In this document: piece after piece, positions 1 through 11,005 of the stretch
Layout: every line of letters begins with the position of its first letter
How positions within the stretch are numbered: the first letter of the stretch is position 1
Source: Nitrospirota bacterium
GTDB taxonomy: Bacteria; Nitrospirota; Thermodesulfovibrionia; Thermodesulfovibrionales; Dissulfurispiraceae
NCBI GenBank assembly: GCA_040754455.1
Contig: JBFMCP010000009.1
Coordinates: 1-64,000, forward strand
Length of the DNA stretch: 64,000 nucleotides
Direction of reading: 5' to 3'
Program-made: the position numbers and the translations under genes
The notes under the pieces: model-generated
Told to the model about the DNA's origin: nothing
Database searches by the model: none
Seen by the model: only the letters and a program-made list of their open reading frames with translations

Positions 1-178
1 TGCACGAAGTGGTCACCTGCATGACCGCATCGAAAATGCTGGTCCCCTCATCGACAATCATATAGACTGCATCATTAAAGCGGAAGAGTTCCTGATGTGC
101 CTGCCGTGAAAGCGCGCTGTCGCAGATAACCACTTCGTGGCTGTTTCTCAGGTCATCTATAGGACACAACAGCGACAT
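1..178 (-). CDS. hypothetical protein, 5' part (runs off the window edge)
   Basis: Open frame from ATG at 178 (MSLLCPIDDLRNSHEVVICDSALSRQ...) to the window edge; no recognisable motif. Confidence 0.4.
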   Translation of the reverse strand, partial: MSLLCPIDDLRNSHEVVICDSALSRQAHQELFRFNDAVYMIVDEGTSIFDAVMQVTTSC

Positions 179-279
179 AAAATGATTGTACCATAGATGT
201 TGGAGAGAGGGAGAGGGGGAAAGAGTCTCCCTTCTAAAAATCGAATATTCTTTTTCCGGCATCCATCTGGAAAGCCCGC

Positions 280-306
280 TATAATTTTTCACGTTTTTGC
301 CGATAA
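280..306 (+). promoter_or_regulatory. sigma28 (FliA)-type promoter
   Basis: TATA-N15-GCCGATAA with a perfect -10 box, upstream of a chemoreceptor gene. Confidence 0.7.
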
Positions 307-373
307 TAATGTATGGGATGAGGGATTAGGCAGCGTGAAAAGAGAGAAGCGGGGAAACGGGGAGGATATCACC

Positions 374-2083
374 ATGGGTTTAAGAAGAAAGCGGGGGTCG
401 CTGTTTACGTGGTTTTACGATATGGGGCTACGGAAAAAATTTTACCTGATATTCGGCTCCCTCATCTTTGCCGTAGTTGCGGGGGTCGCAATAGGTCAAT
501 GGTCGTTTCTCAAGGTCCAGGTAGGTGGAAAAGAGTACAAAGGAATTGATACCAAAAGAGAGATCATTGACGAAATTTCAAGGATAATGATAAACATCAA
601 CCTCCTGCGCGGCACAGCATATGCGAATCTCGAAAGCGCTCGTGGTGAGGTGAAGAGCGCAATGTTGCAAAGGATAGAGGCGACCGACTCCCTTTTTCTG
701 TCGGTGAAAGGCAAGTTTGCCTCAACACACGAAAATCATGGCATACATTGCGGCTCCTGTCATTCGGCACAGGCGTCCATAACCGCTACGATCGACGACG
801 CGTATAAGACATGGGATAGCTACAAGGCCCTTTTAAAAGAAAAGATTCTTCCGGGACTGAGTACCGTTCATTCAGGAGCTATAAAAGACGTTATGGAGCT
901 TGAATTCGAACAACAGCACGCTGAACTGATGGTAACCCTGACGTCCACACTGGATATCCTGCGCGGCGTCTTTCCGATAGTCCTCGAAAAAATGACAAAG
1001 CAGGCTCACTATATCAGGCTGGGATTCCTTGCCGGCGGCGTGATTACGGTAGGATTTCTTATTGCACTGACATTATTCCTGTCTTCACTGATAATCACCC
1101 CCGTAGTGGCCATTTCGGAGAGAGCAATGCGGATGGCGGAGGGTGATTTCACCATAGGGACGGAGATAAAATGCAAAGGTATGGACGAAATAGGCAGGAT
1201 GACTAATTCCTTCGAGCAGATGGCCGATAAAGTTAAGGGCTTTGTGGTAACTGCAAAGAACGGCATCTTAACCCTCTCCTCCACCTCGGAGGAGCTCTCA
1301 GCCACAACACGTGACCTCTCTTCGAAGATGGAGGAAGAGCGTCATCAGATGGATCAGATAGCGGCCTCTACCACTGAAATGTCTCAGAGCATCGTTGAGA
1401 TAGCAAAAAGCTCATCGCGAGTGGCTGAGCTGTCTGATGAATCATCTGCATTGGCAAACGGGGGTAAGGACATAGCGAGCAACGCCTTCGAGAAGATCAG
1501 CTCCCTCGCGGATATCATCAAAGATACGGCTGCCACAATAGAAGAGCTCGGCGGCAGCTCACAAGAGATCGGCGAGATCGTGTCGGTCATTACGGACATC
1601 GCCGACCAGACCAATCTCCTTGCATTGAATGCGGCAATCGAAGCTGCGCGGGCCGGGGAGCAGGGAAGGGGCTTTGCCGTCGTCGCTGACGAAGTGAGAA
1701 AGCTGGCTGAAAAGACCTCTCAGGCAACAAAGGAAATCGCCGGCAAAATCCAGCTTATACAGGCAGAGGCCCAAAAGTCCGTCGACACCGTGAGAAAAAG
1801 CAAGACAGAGGTCGAAAGCAGCATAGCCATCCTGCAGGGAGTGGCACAATCTTTCGGCTCCATATATGCTGCATCCAAAAACGTTACCGATGTGGCACAG
1901 CAAATGGCAACGGCAACAGAGCAGCAATCGGCGGCTTCCGAGGATATAGCTATGCACACGAGCAATATATCCCAATCGATAAATCAGACGTATATCGCTG
2001 TAGAGCAAATAAAGAACGTATCGACAGAGCTTGCACAAATGACAGAGGAGCTTAAAACCCAGACGGATAAATTCAGAACGTAA
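374..2083 (+). CDS. methyl-accepting chemotaxis protein with periplasmic CxxCH motif
   Basis: Two TM segments, HAMP, MCP signature [43 protein letters not shown] between the TMs; GGAGG RBS before ATG 374. Confidence 0.95.
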   Translation: MGLRRKRGSLFTWFYDMGLRKKFYLIFGSLIFAVVAGVAIGQWSFLKVQVGGKEYKGIDTKREIIDEISRIMININLLRGTAYANLESARGEVKSAMLQRIEATDSLFLSVKGKFASTHENHGIHCGSCHSAQASITATIDDAYKTWDSYKALLKEKILPGLSTVHSGAIKDVMELEFEQQHAELMVTLTSTLDILRGVFPIVLEKMTKQAHYIRLGFLAGGVITVGFLIALTLFLSSLIITPVVAISERAMRMAEGDFTIGTEIKCKGMDEIGRMTNSFEQMADKVKGFVVTAKNGILTLSSTSEELSATTRDLSSKMEEERHQMDQIAASTTEMSQSIVEIAKSSSRVAELSDESSALANGGKDIASNAFEKISSLADIIKDTAATIEELGGSSQEIGEIVSVITDIADQTNLLALNAAIEAARAGEQGRGFAVVADEVRKLAEKTSQATKEIAGKIQLIQAEAQKSVDTVRKSKTEVESSIAILQGVAQSFGSIYAASKNVTDVAQQMATATEQQSAASEDIAMHTSNISQSINQTYIAVEQIKNVSTELAQMTEELKTQTDKFRT

Positions 2084-2151
2084 TGTCGGCACCCGCCTGA
2101 AAACCGGGCCACTATGCGGGTGTGCGGGGCAGTGCTAAAGAGGTGAAGCTC

Positions 2152-2967
2152 TCACCTCTCAATGAGTCCCCTGAATACTTCCCGCACCTCGTTTATTATG
2201 AGTGGATGAATCGCCGGATTGCCAGCAACGATATTGCCGGTCGATAAGTAGTCTCCTCCTCCTCCGAAGTCGGTGACGATGCCGCCTGCCTCCTCGATGA
2301 GCAGGCTCCCGGCAGCAATATCCCAGGTACTGAGGCCGATTTCGAAGAAGGCTTCGCATCTCCCCGCAGCAAGATAGGCGAGGTCGAGGGCTGCAGCACC
2401 TGCTCGCCGAAGATCGCTCACTTTGAAAAGAACTTTTTTAAACAGCTCCAGGTACTTATCAATGATATCCTTATTTTTAAACGGGAACCCCGTCGTGATG
2501 AGGCTGTTGTTAGGATCAGTAATTCCCGATACCCTGAGGGGATGGCCGTTGAGAAATGCACCCTTTCCTCGCTCTGCAGTGTACATATCATTTCGTAACG
2601 GGTCGAATACGATACCGGCAATGATCTCTTTCTTGTATTCAAGCGCTATTGAGACTGCAAAGACAGGAAACTGGTGGATGAAATTGGTGGTGCCGTCGAG
2701 GGGGTCGATGATCCACCGGTAATCAGCGGTTTCTGCCTCATGAAGGGATTCTTCCGCAAGGAAATGATGATCGGGAAAGCGCTCTTTGATGGTCCTGATA
2801 ATGAGCGCTTCGGATTCCTTATCGACATAGGTCACAAAATCAGATGCCTGCTTTATGCCGATGTCGTCTTTCGTGACCTTGCCGAGATTGCTGAGAATAA
2901 CATCACCTGCCAGCCGCGCAGCTGTGATCGCAACTTCCAGAAATTCGCCCGTCTCGATTTTTGACAT
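2152..2967 (-). CDS. suhB: inositol monophosphatase family protein
   Basis: WIIDPLDGTTNF and WDIAAG motifs. Confidence 0.9.
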   Translation of the reverse strand: MSKIETGEFLEVAITAARLAGDVILSNLGKVTKDDIGIKQASDFVTYVDKESEALIIRTIKERFPDHHFLAEESLHEAETADYRWIIDPLDGTTNFIHQFPVFAVSIALEYKKEIIAGIVFDPLRNDMYTAERGKGAFLNGHPLRVSGITDPNNSLITTGFPFKNKDIIDKYLELFKKVLFKVSDLRRAGAAALDLAYLAAGRCEAFFEIGLSTWDIAAGSLLIEEAGGIVTDFGGGGDYLSTGNIVAGNPAIHPLIINEVREVFRGLIER

Positions 2968-3014
2968 AAGATAATGATAACAATTTTATCTGAGGAGAAA
3001 AAGATTATAAAAGT

Positions 3015-3155
3015 GAGAGGAGGCAGGATACAGTGCTGGAGCGACTTCGGCAGCCCAAGCGGAACCAGGGAGGGTGAAGCGGGCTGGCGTAGCCTCGGAG
3101 CAAGGCGGGATGCCTTGCGAGAATGAAGTGGAAGCACTGTATCCTGCCTCCTCTC
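3015..3155. repeat. 141-bp palindromic element with 23-bp perfect terminal inverted repeats
   Basis: GAGAGGAGGCAGGATACAGTGCT (3015-3037) is the exact reverse complement of 3133-3155; internal stems CAGCCC/GGGCTG and GCAAGGC/GCCTTGC. Confidence 0.8.
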
Positions 3156-3209
3156 CGAGTGAAACACATAAATACGAGAGGGCAACCAACGCTATGAGCA
3201 AAATGATCA

Positions 3210-4439
3210 TTATCTTATTCTCAAAAACGTCAACGACTCGATGTGATAGGTCTGGGGAAAAAAGTCGATCATGTGTACTGATTCGATCTCGTACTTCATG
3301 ATCAGCTTTTTCAGGTCGCGGGCGAGGGTAGTCGGATTGCAGGAGATATAGACGATCTTTTCGGGCTGCGTCGCGAGGACCTTTTCGATTGCTCTATTCG
3401 AGAGACCCAGGCGCGGCGGATCGGTAATGAGGATATCGACAGGATCTTTGACCTGCAGGTGCTCGGCTGTGGATTTAACAAAACGGCAATTTCTGATATC
3501 GTTCATTTCGAGATTCCTCCTGCCGTCTTTTATCGCAGAGGGATTTTCCTCGACGGCGACGATCTCGCCCGCCTCCCGTGCAAGGGGAAGCGAGAAGTTT
3601 CCTGCGCCTGAATAGAGGTCAAGTATCCTCTTGCCCGCAAGCGGCTGCAATGTATCCTTTACGAATCTTACGACCACTCTATTCAGCTCCCAATGACTCT
3701 GGAAAAAGCTCATCGGCGATACGAAGTAATGAAGACCGTCGAGATCGAGCATGATATGATCTGATCCGGAGTGCAGGAGCTTCCTCTTATCCATCTCGAC
3801 AGCGACGCCGGAAAACCCCGCATCTCTAAGACGTGCAGCAATGGCATTCCAATCGTTTCTCGAAGCTGGGACTTTCAGCAACGCCACGGCGCCATTGCCA
3901 AATGAAATATGGAGCTCTTTGATATCATCGTTCCGCAGCAGGACCTTTGCCCTCCGGAAATATTCATTAACCTCTTCCCGCATCAAAGGGCATGCTTCGA
4001 TATCGATGACATCCATTGTCTTCTCTTTGTAGAACCCGATCTCCCCCCGGGCAGCTTTGAACTGACCCCTGAACCGGTAATGCCAGGGAGTATCATGGAC
4101 GAGCGGAGAAGAGAGTCGCAGGTCTATTTTCGCCAGACGTTTGAGCGATTCCCGGAGGATCTCCTCTTTTATCGCACCCTGCCTCTGATAGGTAATATAT
4201 TGAAGCTGGCAGCCGCCGCAGGTGCCGAAATAGGGGCAGGACGGCTCAACCCTGTCCGGAGAGGGAGCTATGACCTTGACCACCGAGGCCCTGCAGTAAT
4301 CCTTCTTCTCTTCATCGATTGCCGCCTCTACGGTCTCGCCGGGGACCGCTCCTTTGAGCATCACGATCTTGCCGTCGAGCTTGGCGATTGAGAAGCCCCC
4401 ATAGGCAGGGGCCTCAGATTTAAGCAAAACTAAAGACAT
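3210..4439 (-). CDS. rlmD: 23S rRNA (uracil-5)-methyltransferase, RlmD/TrmA family
   Basis: TRAM domain, CPYFGTCGGC Fe-S motif, LDLYSGAGNF, DPPR, YISCNPTTLARD; start at 4439 chosen over 4535. Confidence 0.85.
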   Translation of the reverse strand: MSLVLLKSEAPAYGGFSIAKLDGKIVMLKGAVPGETVEAAIDEEKKDYCRASVVKVIAPSPDRVEPSCPYFGTCGGCQLQYITYQRQGAIKEEILRESLKRLAKIDLRLSSPLVHDTPWHYRFRGQFKAARGEIGFYKEKTMDVIDIEACPLMREEVNEYFRRAKVLLRNDDIKELHISFGNGAVALLKVPASRNDWNAIAARLRDAGFSGVAVEMDKRKLLHSGSDHIMLDLDGLHYFVSPMSFFQSHWELNRVVVRFVKDTLQPLAGKRILDLYSGAGNFSLPLAREAGEIVAVEENPSAIKDGRRNLEMNDIRNCRFVKSTAEHLQVKDPVDILITDPPRLGLSNRAIEKVLATQPEKIVYISCNPTTLARDLKKLIMKYEIESVHMIDFFPQTYHIESLTFLRIR

Positions 4440-4585
4440 ATTATTCATTCTATCATACTCAATTCCACCCCGGCAAAAGCTACAAAGCCTTGATTTAAAA
4501 AGCAATGCCATACCTGTAAAATCAATGTATTGCATGTCGACGGAATTCCTTCCATAATTTGGACAACGAGTACTCCCTAATAATA

Positions 4586-4615
4586 CTTGACAAGAATCGA
4601 CTAAAGTAATATGAT
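4586..4615 (+). promoter_or_regulatory. sigma70 promoter overlapped by a HAIR-like HspR operator
   Basis: TTGACA(4587-4592)-N17-TATGAT(4610-4615); CTTGACA-N7-ACTAAAG (4586-4606) resembles HAIR CTTGAGT-N7-ACTCAAG. Confidence 0.75.
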
Positions 4616-4629
4616 TGGAATTATAAGAG

Positions 4630-5739
4630 GTGAAAACGATGGCAACTTCAGTGAAGGACTACTACAAAATACTTGGTGTCGGTAAAGATGCCTCTCAGGA
4701 TGATATTAAAAAGGCGTTCCGCAAGCTCGCCCGGAAGTACCATCCTGACCTGAACCCCGGAGATAAAACCGCTGAGGAAAAATTCAAAGAGGTGAACGAA
4801 GCCTACGCAGTCCTCAGCGATCCGGAGAAACGTAAACAGTACGACACCGGCGGCACCACCTTTGAGCAGTTCGGCGGCTTCGGAGGATTCGGCGGAGAGG
4901 GATTTAGGGGATTCGAGGCCAGAGAAGGGTTTGATTTCAGTGATCTTTTCGGCGATATCTTCGGCGGAGCGAGATCTGCCGGCCGTCCCCGCTATGCAAA
5001 GGGTGAAGACCTTATCATGGGCATCGAGCTCACCCTTGAGGAGGCATTCAAGGGAATAACGAGGCCAATAACGCTTACACGGAATGTGACGTGTGATGCC
5101 TGCGGCGGAACAGGCGCAGAGTCCTCCCAGACCTGCCCTACCTGTAAAGGCGCCGGACAGACCCAGACGTCGAGAGGTTTTTTCAGGATGGCGCAGACCT
5201 GCCCGGAGTGCGGCGGCACCGGACGAAAGGTCACTGCTGTCTGCAAAAAATGCGGTGGCAGGGGCGCCACTGCACACTCGGAGACGATAAGAGTGAAGAT
5301 CCCTGCAGGGGTAGACAATGGCTCAATTGTTCGGTTACGGGGAAAGGGGAACAGCGGCATCGGTGGAGGCCCTGCCGGTGATCTGCTCATTGAAATTTCT
5401 ATCAGGCCCCATCCTTTCTTTAAGAGAAAAGGTGACGACATTTATATCCAGCTCCCGGTGACGTTCGGCGAAGCTGCCCTCGGCGCAAAAGTAGAGGTAC
5501 CGACCATTGACGGCTCAGCCATTATGAAGCTCCCGCCTGGAACGCAGGGAGGGCAACGGTTCAAGCTTTCGGGGAAGGGGTTCGTCTCTCCCAATAAAAA
5601 AATGCGGGGAGATGAATTTGTAGATATAAAAATCGTGGTTCCGAAGGATATACCCGACAAAGCAAAAGAAGCGATTCATATCATAGAGTCGCTCTACAAA
5701 AAGGACCCGCGAAAGGGGATGGTGACCCATGAGGAATAA
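4630..5739 (+). CDS. dnaJ: chaperone DnaJ
   Basis: J domain with HPD, G/F-rich region, four CxxCxGxG repeats. Confidence 0.95.
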   Translation: MKTMATSVKDYYKILGVGKDASQDDIKKAFRKLARKYHPDLNPGDKTAEEKFKEVNEAYAVLSDPEKRKQYDTGGTTFEQFGGFGGFGGEGFRGFEAREGFDFSDLFGDIFGGARSAGRPRYAKGEDLIMGIELTLEEAFKGITRPITLTRNVTCDACGGTGAESSQTCPTCKGAGQTQTSRGFFRMAQTCPECGGTGRKVTAVCKKCGGRGATAHSETIRVKIPAGVDNGSIVRLRGKGNSGIGGGPAGDLLIEISIRPHPFFKRKGDDIYIQLPVTFGEAALGAKVEVPTIDGSAIMKLPPGTQGGQRFKLSGKGFVSPNKKMRGDEFVDIKIVVPKDIPDKAKEAIHIIESLYKKDPRKGMVTHEE

Positions 5740-6085
5740 GAGACATCAGGACAAGCGCAGTCCTGTGTATATGATAAGCGTGGTATCGCGGATACTCGAA
5801 GTGCATCCTCAGACCTTGCGGATGTATGAGCGCGAGGGGTTTGTCTGCCCGCGCCGGGTGAACCGTCAGCGGCTCTATTCCGACGAGGACATCGAGCGGC
5901 TCGATCTGGTGATCAAACTTACCAAGGAGCTCGGCGTCAACAAGGCCGGTGTGGACATCATCCTGCGTATGCGGCACCGCATCAACGCGCTTCAGAATGT
6001 GGTACAGGACATGATGCGTTTTTTGGATGACGATATGCGAAGCACTTTTGAACAAAGGATTCAGGAAATATTTAGAGAGGAGTAA
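5729..6085 (+). CDS. hspR: MerR-family heat-shock repressor HspR
   Basis: [24 protein letters not shown]erR HTH; lies between dnaJ and clpB. Confidence 0.9.
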   Translation: MRNKRHQDKRSPVYMISVVSRILEVHPQTLRMYEREGFVCPRRVNRQRLYSDEDIERLDLVIKLTKELGVNKAGVDIILRMRHRINALQNVVQDMMRFLDDDMRSTFEQRIQEIFREE

Positions 6086-6090
6086 TAACA

Positions 6091-6172
6091 CAGCATAGCG
6101 TTTATAGAGTTATGGCGTCGAGCGTACGAAAAGCGTGTTATGACGCTCTGATGCTGAACGCGATAAAACGCT
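6091..6172. repeat. degenerate AGCGTT/AACGCT short-repeat palindrome
   Basis: Left arm of (T)AGCGTT-like units, right arm of AACGCT-like units; the same family occurs at 9344, 40035 and 41431. Confidence 0.6.
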
Positions 6173-6193
6173 TGACGTCATCGGAGGTATACC

Positions 6194-8839
6194 ATGAGAT
6201 TGGATAAATTAACCGTCAAAAGTCAGGAGGCGATTCAGGAGGCGCAGGGCCTTGCCGAGCGCAAGGGCAATCAGCAGCTCGATGTCGAGCACCTGCTCGC
6301 TGCGCTTTTGCAAGATGAGGAAGGCATCGTCTATCAGATCCTCCAGCGTCTTGGAGCGGATATTAATGCTCTGAAATCCGATATCAATAAAGAGATTGAG
6401 AAATTTCCCAAGGTATCGGGAGCGACGCCGCTGGGGCAGATTTATTTGTCACCGCGGCTTAAGACCGTGCTCGAACAGGCCTTTGAGGAAGCGACCCGTT
6501 TGACTGACGAGTACATCAGTGTCGAGCACCTGCTGCTGGCTATTGCGAACACACCCGGCCCCGCTGCCGATATCCTGAAAAAGAACGGTGCATCAGCTGA
6601 TGCGATCATGACCGCAATGCAGGATATCCGCGGCGTTCACCGGGTGACCGACCCCAATCCCGAGGAGAAGTATCAGGCACTCAAGCGCTATGGTAAGGAC
6701 CTGACCGAGCTCGCAAAAAAGGGAAAGCTCGATCCGGTCATCGGCAGGGACGAAGAAATACGAAGGGTCATCCAGGTGCTTTCGAGAAGGACCAAGAACA
6801 ACCCGGTGCTCATCGGCGACCCCGGCGTGGGCAAGACGGCCATTGCAGAAGGTCTTGCACAGAGAATCGTGGCGGGCGATGTTCCGGAAACTCTTAAAGA
6901 TAAGCGATTGGTGACCATCGATATCGGCAGCCTCGTTGCAGGCTCGAAATTCAGGGGTGAGTTCGAAGAGCGCTTGAAAGCGGTGCTGAAAGAAATCGAG
7001 CAGTCGGAAGGAAAGATCATCACCTTCATCGATGAGCTCCACACCCTTGTCGGCGCCGGATCGGCAGAAGGTTCGGTCGATGCTTCGAACATGCTGAAGC
7101 CTGCGCTCGCGAGAGGCGAACTGCGCTGTGTCGGGGCGACGACTATTAACGAATACCGTAAATATATCGAGAAAGATCCGGCACTTGAGCGTAGATTCCA
7201 GCCGGTGTTGGTGAAAGAGCCCTCGGTCGAAGATACCATATCCATTCTCAGGGGACTCAAGGAGCGCTACGAAGTCCACCACGGCGTGAAGATAAAGGAT
7301 TCGGCCCTTATCGCCGCTGCAGTGCTCTCGCATCGGTACATAACGGATCGCTTCCTTCCGGATAAGGCGATCGACCTGATCGATGAGTCAGCCGCAAGGC
7401 TGAGAATGGAGATCGACAGCATGCCCGTTGAATTGGACGAGATCGAGCGGAAGCTCCGTCAGCTCGAGATCGAAAAGCAGGCGGTCATGCGCGACGACGG
7501 ATCGCAGGATGCACGCGAAAAGCTGGAGAAGCTTTCAAAAGAGATGGCCGAGCTCCAGTCCAGGCGGGACGTGCTCAAGGCGCAATGGATGGGTGAGAAA
7601 GAGGTCATCCAGAAGATCAGGGACATAAAAGAGCAGATCGAAAAGACAAAGATCGAATCCGATATGGCCGAGCGGGAAGGCAACCTCGGCAAAGCTGCGG
7701 AACTGCGTTACGGCAGACTCCTCGATCTGCAGAAGCAGCTCGACGAATGGAACAAAAAGCTCTCAGAAACCCAGGCGAAGAGAAGGATGCTCAAAGAGGA
7801 GGTCGATGAAGAAGATATTGCCGAGGTCGTTTCTAAGTGGACCGGCATACCGGTTTCGAGAATGCTCGAGAGCGAGGTGCAAAAACTCATCAAGATGGAA
7901 GATAATCTGAGAAAGCGGGTCGTCGGCCAGGACGAAGCGATCGTCGCTGTTTCGAATGCGATCAGGAGGGCGCGGGCAGGCATTCAGGATCCCAACCGGC
8001 CTATCGGTTCGTTCCTGTTTCTCGGCCCGACCGGTGTTGGCAAGACCGAGCTGGCGAAAGCGCTTGCAGAGTTCCTCTTCGACGATGAGACAGCGGTGGT
8101 CAGGATCGACATGTCCGAATACCAGGAGCGGCATACGGTCTCACGTCTAATCGGCGCCCCTCCGGGCTATGTGGGATATGAAGAGGGCGGCCAGCTCACC
8201 GAGGCCGTGCGGAGAAAGCCCTATTCGGTCGTGCTCTTTGATGAAGTCGAAAAGGCGCATCCCGAGGTGTTCAATGTGCTGCTCCAGCTTCTCGATGACG
8301 GTCGCTTGACCGATGGCCACGGGAGGACCGTGGATTTCCGTAACACTGTGGTCATCATGACCTCGAACATCGGCAGCACTCACATCCAGGAGCTCCTTGA
8401 GGAGAGGGCCAAGAAACCCGCTGCATACTGGGTCGGCGAGGAGGATGATTTGAGAGCACGGGTCATGGAGGACCTCAAGGCCTTTTTCAGGCCGGAGTTC
8501 CTCAACAGGGTTGACGATATCCTCATCTTCAATCCGCTCAGCGAGGAACTGCTGAAGAACATTGTGGAAATCCAGGTCAACAGGATGAAGAGGTATCTGC
8601 AGGAGAAAAAGATCGATATCACCCTGACCGATGCGGCAAAGGAGTACATTGCGAAGGTGGGCTATGACCCAATCTACGGAGCCCGTCCGCTGAAAAGGGC
8701 GATACAGAAAGAGATCCTCAACCCCTTGGCAATGAAGATCCTTGACGGTACTTTTAAGGAAGGGGATTTGGTGGAGGTCGATTATACGGACAATCACCTG
8801 GTGTTCAATAGCGTTGCGGTTGGCGAAGTGGTGAAGTAA
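6194..8839 (+). CDS. clpB: ATP-dependent chaperone ClpB
   Basis: Two AAA domains ([16 protein letters not shown]) and a coiled-coil middle domain. Confidence 0.97.
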   Translation: MRLDKLTVKSQEAIQEAQGLAERKGNQQLDVEHLLAALLQDEEGIVYQILQRLGADINALKSDINKEIEKFPKVSGATPLGQIYLSPRLKTVLEQAFEEATRLTDEYISVEHLLLAIANTPGPAADILKKNGASADAIMTAMQDIRGVHRVTDPNPEEKYQALKRYGKDLTELAKKGKLDPVIGRDEEIRRVIQVLSRRTKNNPVLIGDPGVGKTAIAEGLAQRIVAGDVPETLKDKRLVTIDIGSLVAGSKFRGEFEERLKAVLKEIEQSEGKIITFIDELHTLVGAGSAEGSVDASNMLKPALARGELRCVGATTINEYRKYIEKDPALERRFQPVLVKEPSVEDTISILRGLKERYEVHHGVKIKDSALIAAAVLSHRYITDRFLPDKAIDLIDESAARLRMEIDSMPVELDEIERKLRQLEIEKQAVMRDDGSQDAREKLEKLSKEMAELQSRRDVLKAQWMGEKEVIQKIRDIKEQIEKTKIESDMAEREGNLGKAAELRYGRLLDLQKQLDEWNKKLSETQAKRRMLKEEVDEEDIAEVVSKWTGIPVSRMLESEVQKLIKMEDNLRKRVVGQDEAIVAVSNAIRRARAGIQDPNRPIGSFLFLGPTGVGKTELAKALAEFLFDDETAVVRIDMSEYQERHTVSRLIGAPPGYVGYEEGGQLTEAVRRKPYSVVLFDEVEKAHPEVFNVLLQLLDDGRLTDGHGRTVDFRNTVVIMTSNIGSTHIQELLEERAKKPAAYWVGEEDDLRARVMEDLKAFFRPEFLNRVDDILIFNPLSEELLKNIVEIQVNRMKRYLQEKKIDITLTDAAKEYIAKVGYDPIYGARPLKRAIQKEILNPLAMKILDGTFKEGDLVEVDYTDNHLVFNSVAVGEVVK

Positions 8840-8874
8840 GGAAAAAACAAGTCAGGCCTATTCGCGAAAGGAGG

Positions 8875-9336
8875 ATGGCTATGTCGATCGTAAAGTGGAG
8901 TCCGCTGAAAGAGCTCGAAGACATGAGAAGGGATATGGACAGACTCTTTGATGAATTCTTTGCGCCCGGCGCGAGGAGGAGAAGGGTCTGGAGAGCAGAA
9001 CCCGGCATCATTGTGCCGAGTATCGAGATGTATGACAGGAAAACCGAGATCGTTGTGAAGGTGGAACTTCCGGGAGTGAGCAAAGAGGATATAGACCTCT
9101 CGATCACCAAGGATACCCTTACCGTCAAAGGCGAGGTAAAGAGAGAGGAAGAGGTAAAAGAGGAAGATTACTATACCAATGAACGGACGTACGGCAGCTT
9201 TGCACGAACCATCTCGTTGCCGGTAGAGGTCGACAGTGAAAAGGCAAAGGCGACCTTCAAAAACGGCATCCTCGAGCTCGTTATCCCTAAAAGAGAGGAA
9301 GCGAAACCCAAGGAAATAAAGATCGAGGTATCGTAA
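8875..9336 (+). CDS. Hsp20/alpha-crystallin small heat-shock protein
   Basis: ERTYGSFARTISLP and ATFKNGILELVIPK motifs. Confidence 0.95.
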   Translation: MAMSIVKWSPLKELEDMRRDMDRLFDEFFAPGARRRRVWRAEPGIIVPSIEMYDRKTEIVVKVELPGVSKEDIDLSITKDTLTVKGEVKREEEVKEEDYYTNERTYGSFARTISLPVEVDSEKAKATFKNGILELVIPKREEAKPKEIKIEVS

Positions 9337-9343
9337 AAGGCTT

Positions 9344-9427
9344 TGAGCGTTATAGCGTTTATCGCGTTATACACACATGAAACTGCTCTTTTCACTGTGC
9401 TCTTAACGCTCTACGCTAGAACGCTCT
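9344..9427. repeat. degenerate AGCGTT/AACGCT short-repeat palindrome
   Basis: GAGCGTTATAGCGTTTATCGCGTT ... AACGCTCTACGCTAGAACGCTC. Confidence 0.6.
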
Positions 9428-9481
9428 GTATTTGACTTCCCTTCGCGTTTTCTGATATAAAAATCAGATGCCCTTTAGATT

Positions 9482-9557
9482 TCCCGGGTAGCTCAGTCGG
9501 CAGAGCAGGTGGCTGTTAACCACCCTGTCGGGGGTTCGAGTCCCTCCCCGGGAGCCA
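9482..9557 (+). tRNA. tRNA-Asn(GTT)
   Basis: TCCCGGG/CCCGGGA acceptor stem, GTT anticodon, TTCGAGT T-loop, encoded CCA; upstream TTGACT...TATAAA promoter. Confidence 0.97.
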
Positions 9558-9597
9558 ATCTTGACACCCAGACAAACCCTTGTCCGGGTTTGTTAAT

Positions 9598-9625
9598 ACC
9601 CCGCCTTCAAAGGTGGGGCGTTTTT
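9598..9625 (+). terminator. probable intrinsic terminator after tRNA
   Basis: CCCCGCCTT-CA-AAGGTGGGG stem followed by CGTTTTT. Confidence 0.5.
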
Positions 9626-9869
9626 GCTTTCCATTCCCGCCGCTTATAGCCATTGTGCCGGCCATTGTGTCTTCCCAAGACCTGCTTACATGCATCCTTG
9701 TAACCTCTCACAATATCCTATCCTTCAAAGCGGCATTTTTCTTATCATCATCTGACCCGATTCGGGAAAGTAACAGAATCAACTGACCTGGAAGAGAAAG
9801 GGCAGCCGGGATGTTTAATGAGATAAAAAATATAGAAAGGAAATAGGGTAGGCCACTCTGTAAAATTTC

Positions 9870-9902
9870 TTGTATTTTTGCATTTTAAATGCAAAAATAC
9901 AA
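9870..9902. promoter_or_regulatory. perfect 33-bp palindrome, possible operator
   Basis: TTGTATTTTTGCATTT-T-AAATGCAAAAATACAA. Confidence 0.55.
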
Positions 9903-9913
9903 AGGAATAAATA

Positions 9914-10809
9914 CGGGCAGTACCTTTCACGGGTTCGCAAAACCTGCTCCTTGTGGAGCGCGTCACAGAGTCTCTTGCCGGGCGCGCGGCAATGCTAAGG
10001 CTCCTTCCGCTAACCCGGCGCGAGGCCGAGGGGCATCCGCTGAAAAAGCTCCCGTGGGAAGTGAAAGGGCAGGCATAAGGCCGAAGAGAGGAAGGTCTCA
10101 CCCAAAAAAACTATGGCAGGAGTTTTTGCGTGGTGGCTACCCCGAACTTGCGGCACATCCCAAGCGTGATGCCGGGCTTTGGCATTCTGCGTACATTCAA
10201 ACCTATCTGGAGCGGGATGTCCGCACCTTAAGACAGGCCAACGACTTGACCCAATTCCAGAATTTCCTCAGGGCGCTGGCCGCAAGGAGCGCCGGGCTTC
10301 TGCATCTTTCAGACCTCTCGCGCGACCTTGGCATCGCGGTGAACACGGCAAAGGCATGGCTATCGGTGCTTGAGGCGACGTATCAGGTAATCGTGCTTCG
10401 CCCCTATTTTGCCAATGTAGGAAAGCGGCTTGTAAAGACGCCGAAGGTTTATTTCACAGATGTTGGGACGCTTTGCTACCTCGCCGGACTTAAAGACCCG
10501 GATCATGCGGCATCAGGCCCCATGGGCGGAGCCATACTTGAAACGGCGGCGGTCACCGAGATTTTTAAAACCCTCATACACAGAGGCGTTGATCCCCAAG
10601 TGTATTTCTGGAGGACTTCGACGGGCACGGAGGTGGATATCGTTGTGGAATCGGACCGCAAACTGGTTCCGGTCGAAGTCAAGCTTTCCTCAACCCCTAG
10701 GCCTGCTATGGCGGGCGGAATTACGACTTTCCAAGAAGACTGCAAAGACAGGGCATTGCCCGGATACGTGCTTCATACCGGGAATATTCGCCTTCCGACA
10801 GAACTTGGT
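9914..10809 (+). pseudogene. AAA_14/DUF4143-type ATPase-nuclease pseudogene
   Basis: GQYL/TGSQNLLLVERVTESLAGRA lies in other frames than GGYPE...YLERDVR...KRLVKTPKVYFTDVG...EVDIV...VEVK; Walker A missing; 3' end cut by an IS relic. Confidence 0.8.
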
Positions 10810-10929
10810 TGTCCCGCCAAAATGATAATGTCCTAAATAACCAAAGTAGAAATGTCCTATTGAGGGGCTATAATTTCTCCCATTTGAAGGAAGGTAATTA
10901 TGGCCGGGAAGGACATTATCGAAATGAGC
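10810..10929 (+). mobile_element. IS left-end relic (ISNCY/IS481-like) with the first 10 transposase codons
   Basis: Begins TGTC, repeated AATGTCCTA, RBS and ATG at 10900 giving MAGKDIIEMS before truncation. Confidence 0.55.
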
Positions 10930-11005
10930 TTTTGTCTTGACAGCAACTGTGAACAACGACTAATATCTTTGTGCCTACAACCAAACTCCCTATAGGAACA
11001 ATCAG

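Noticed and set aside
2986..3210. 74-aa ORF with a hydrophobic N-terminus
   Set aside because: Mostly reads through the 141-bp palindromic element and has no recognisable motif; probably spurious
9889..10080. N-terminus of the 315-aa ORF
   Set aside because: Wrong frame; the conserved ATPase motifs lie in other frames, so the locus is called a pseudogene
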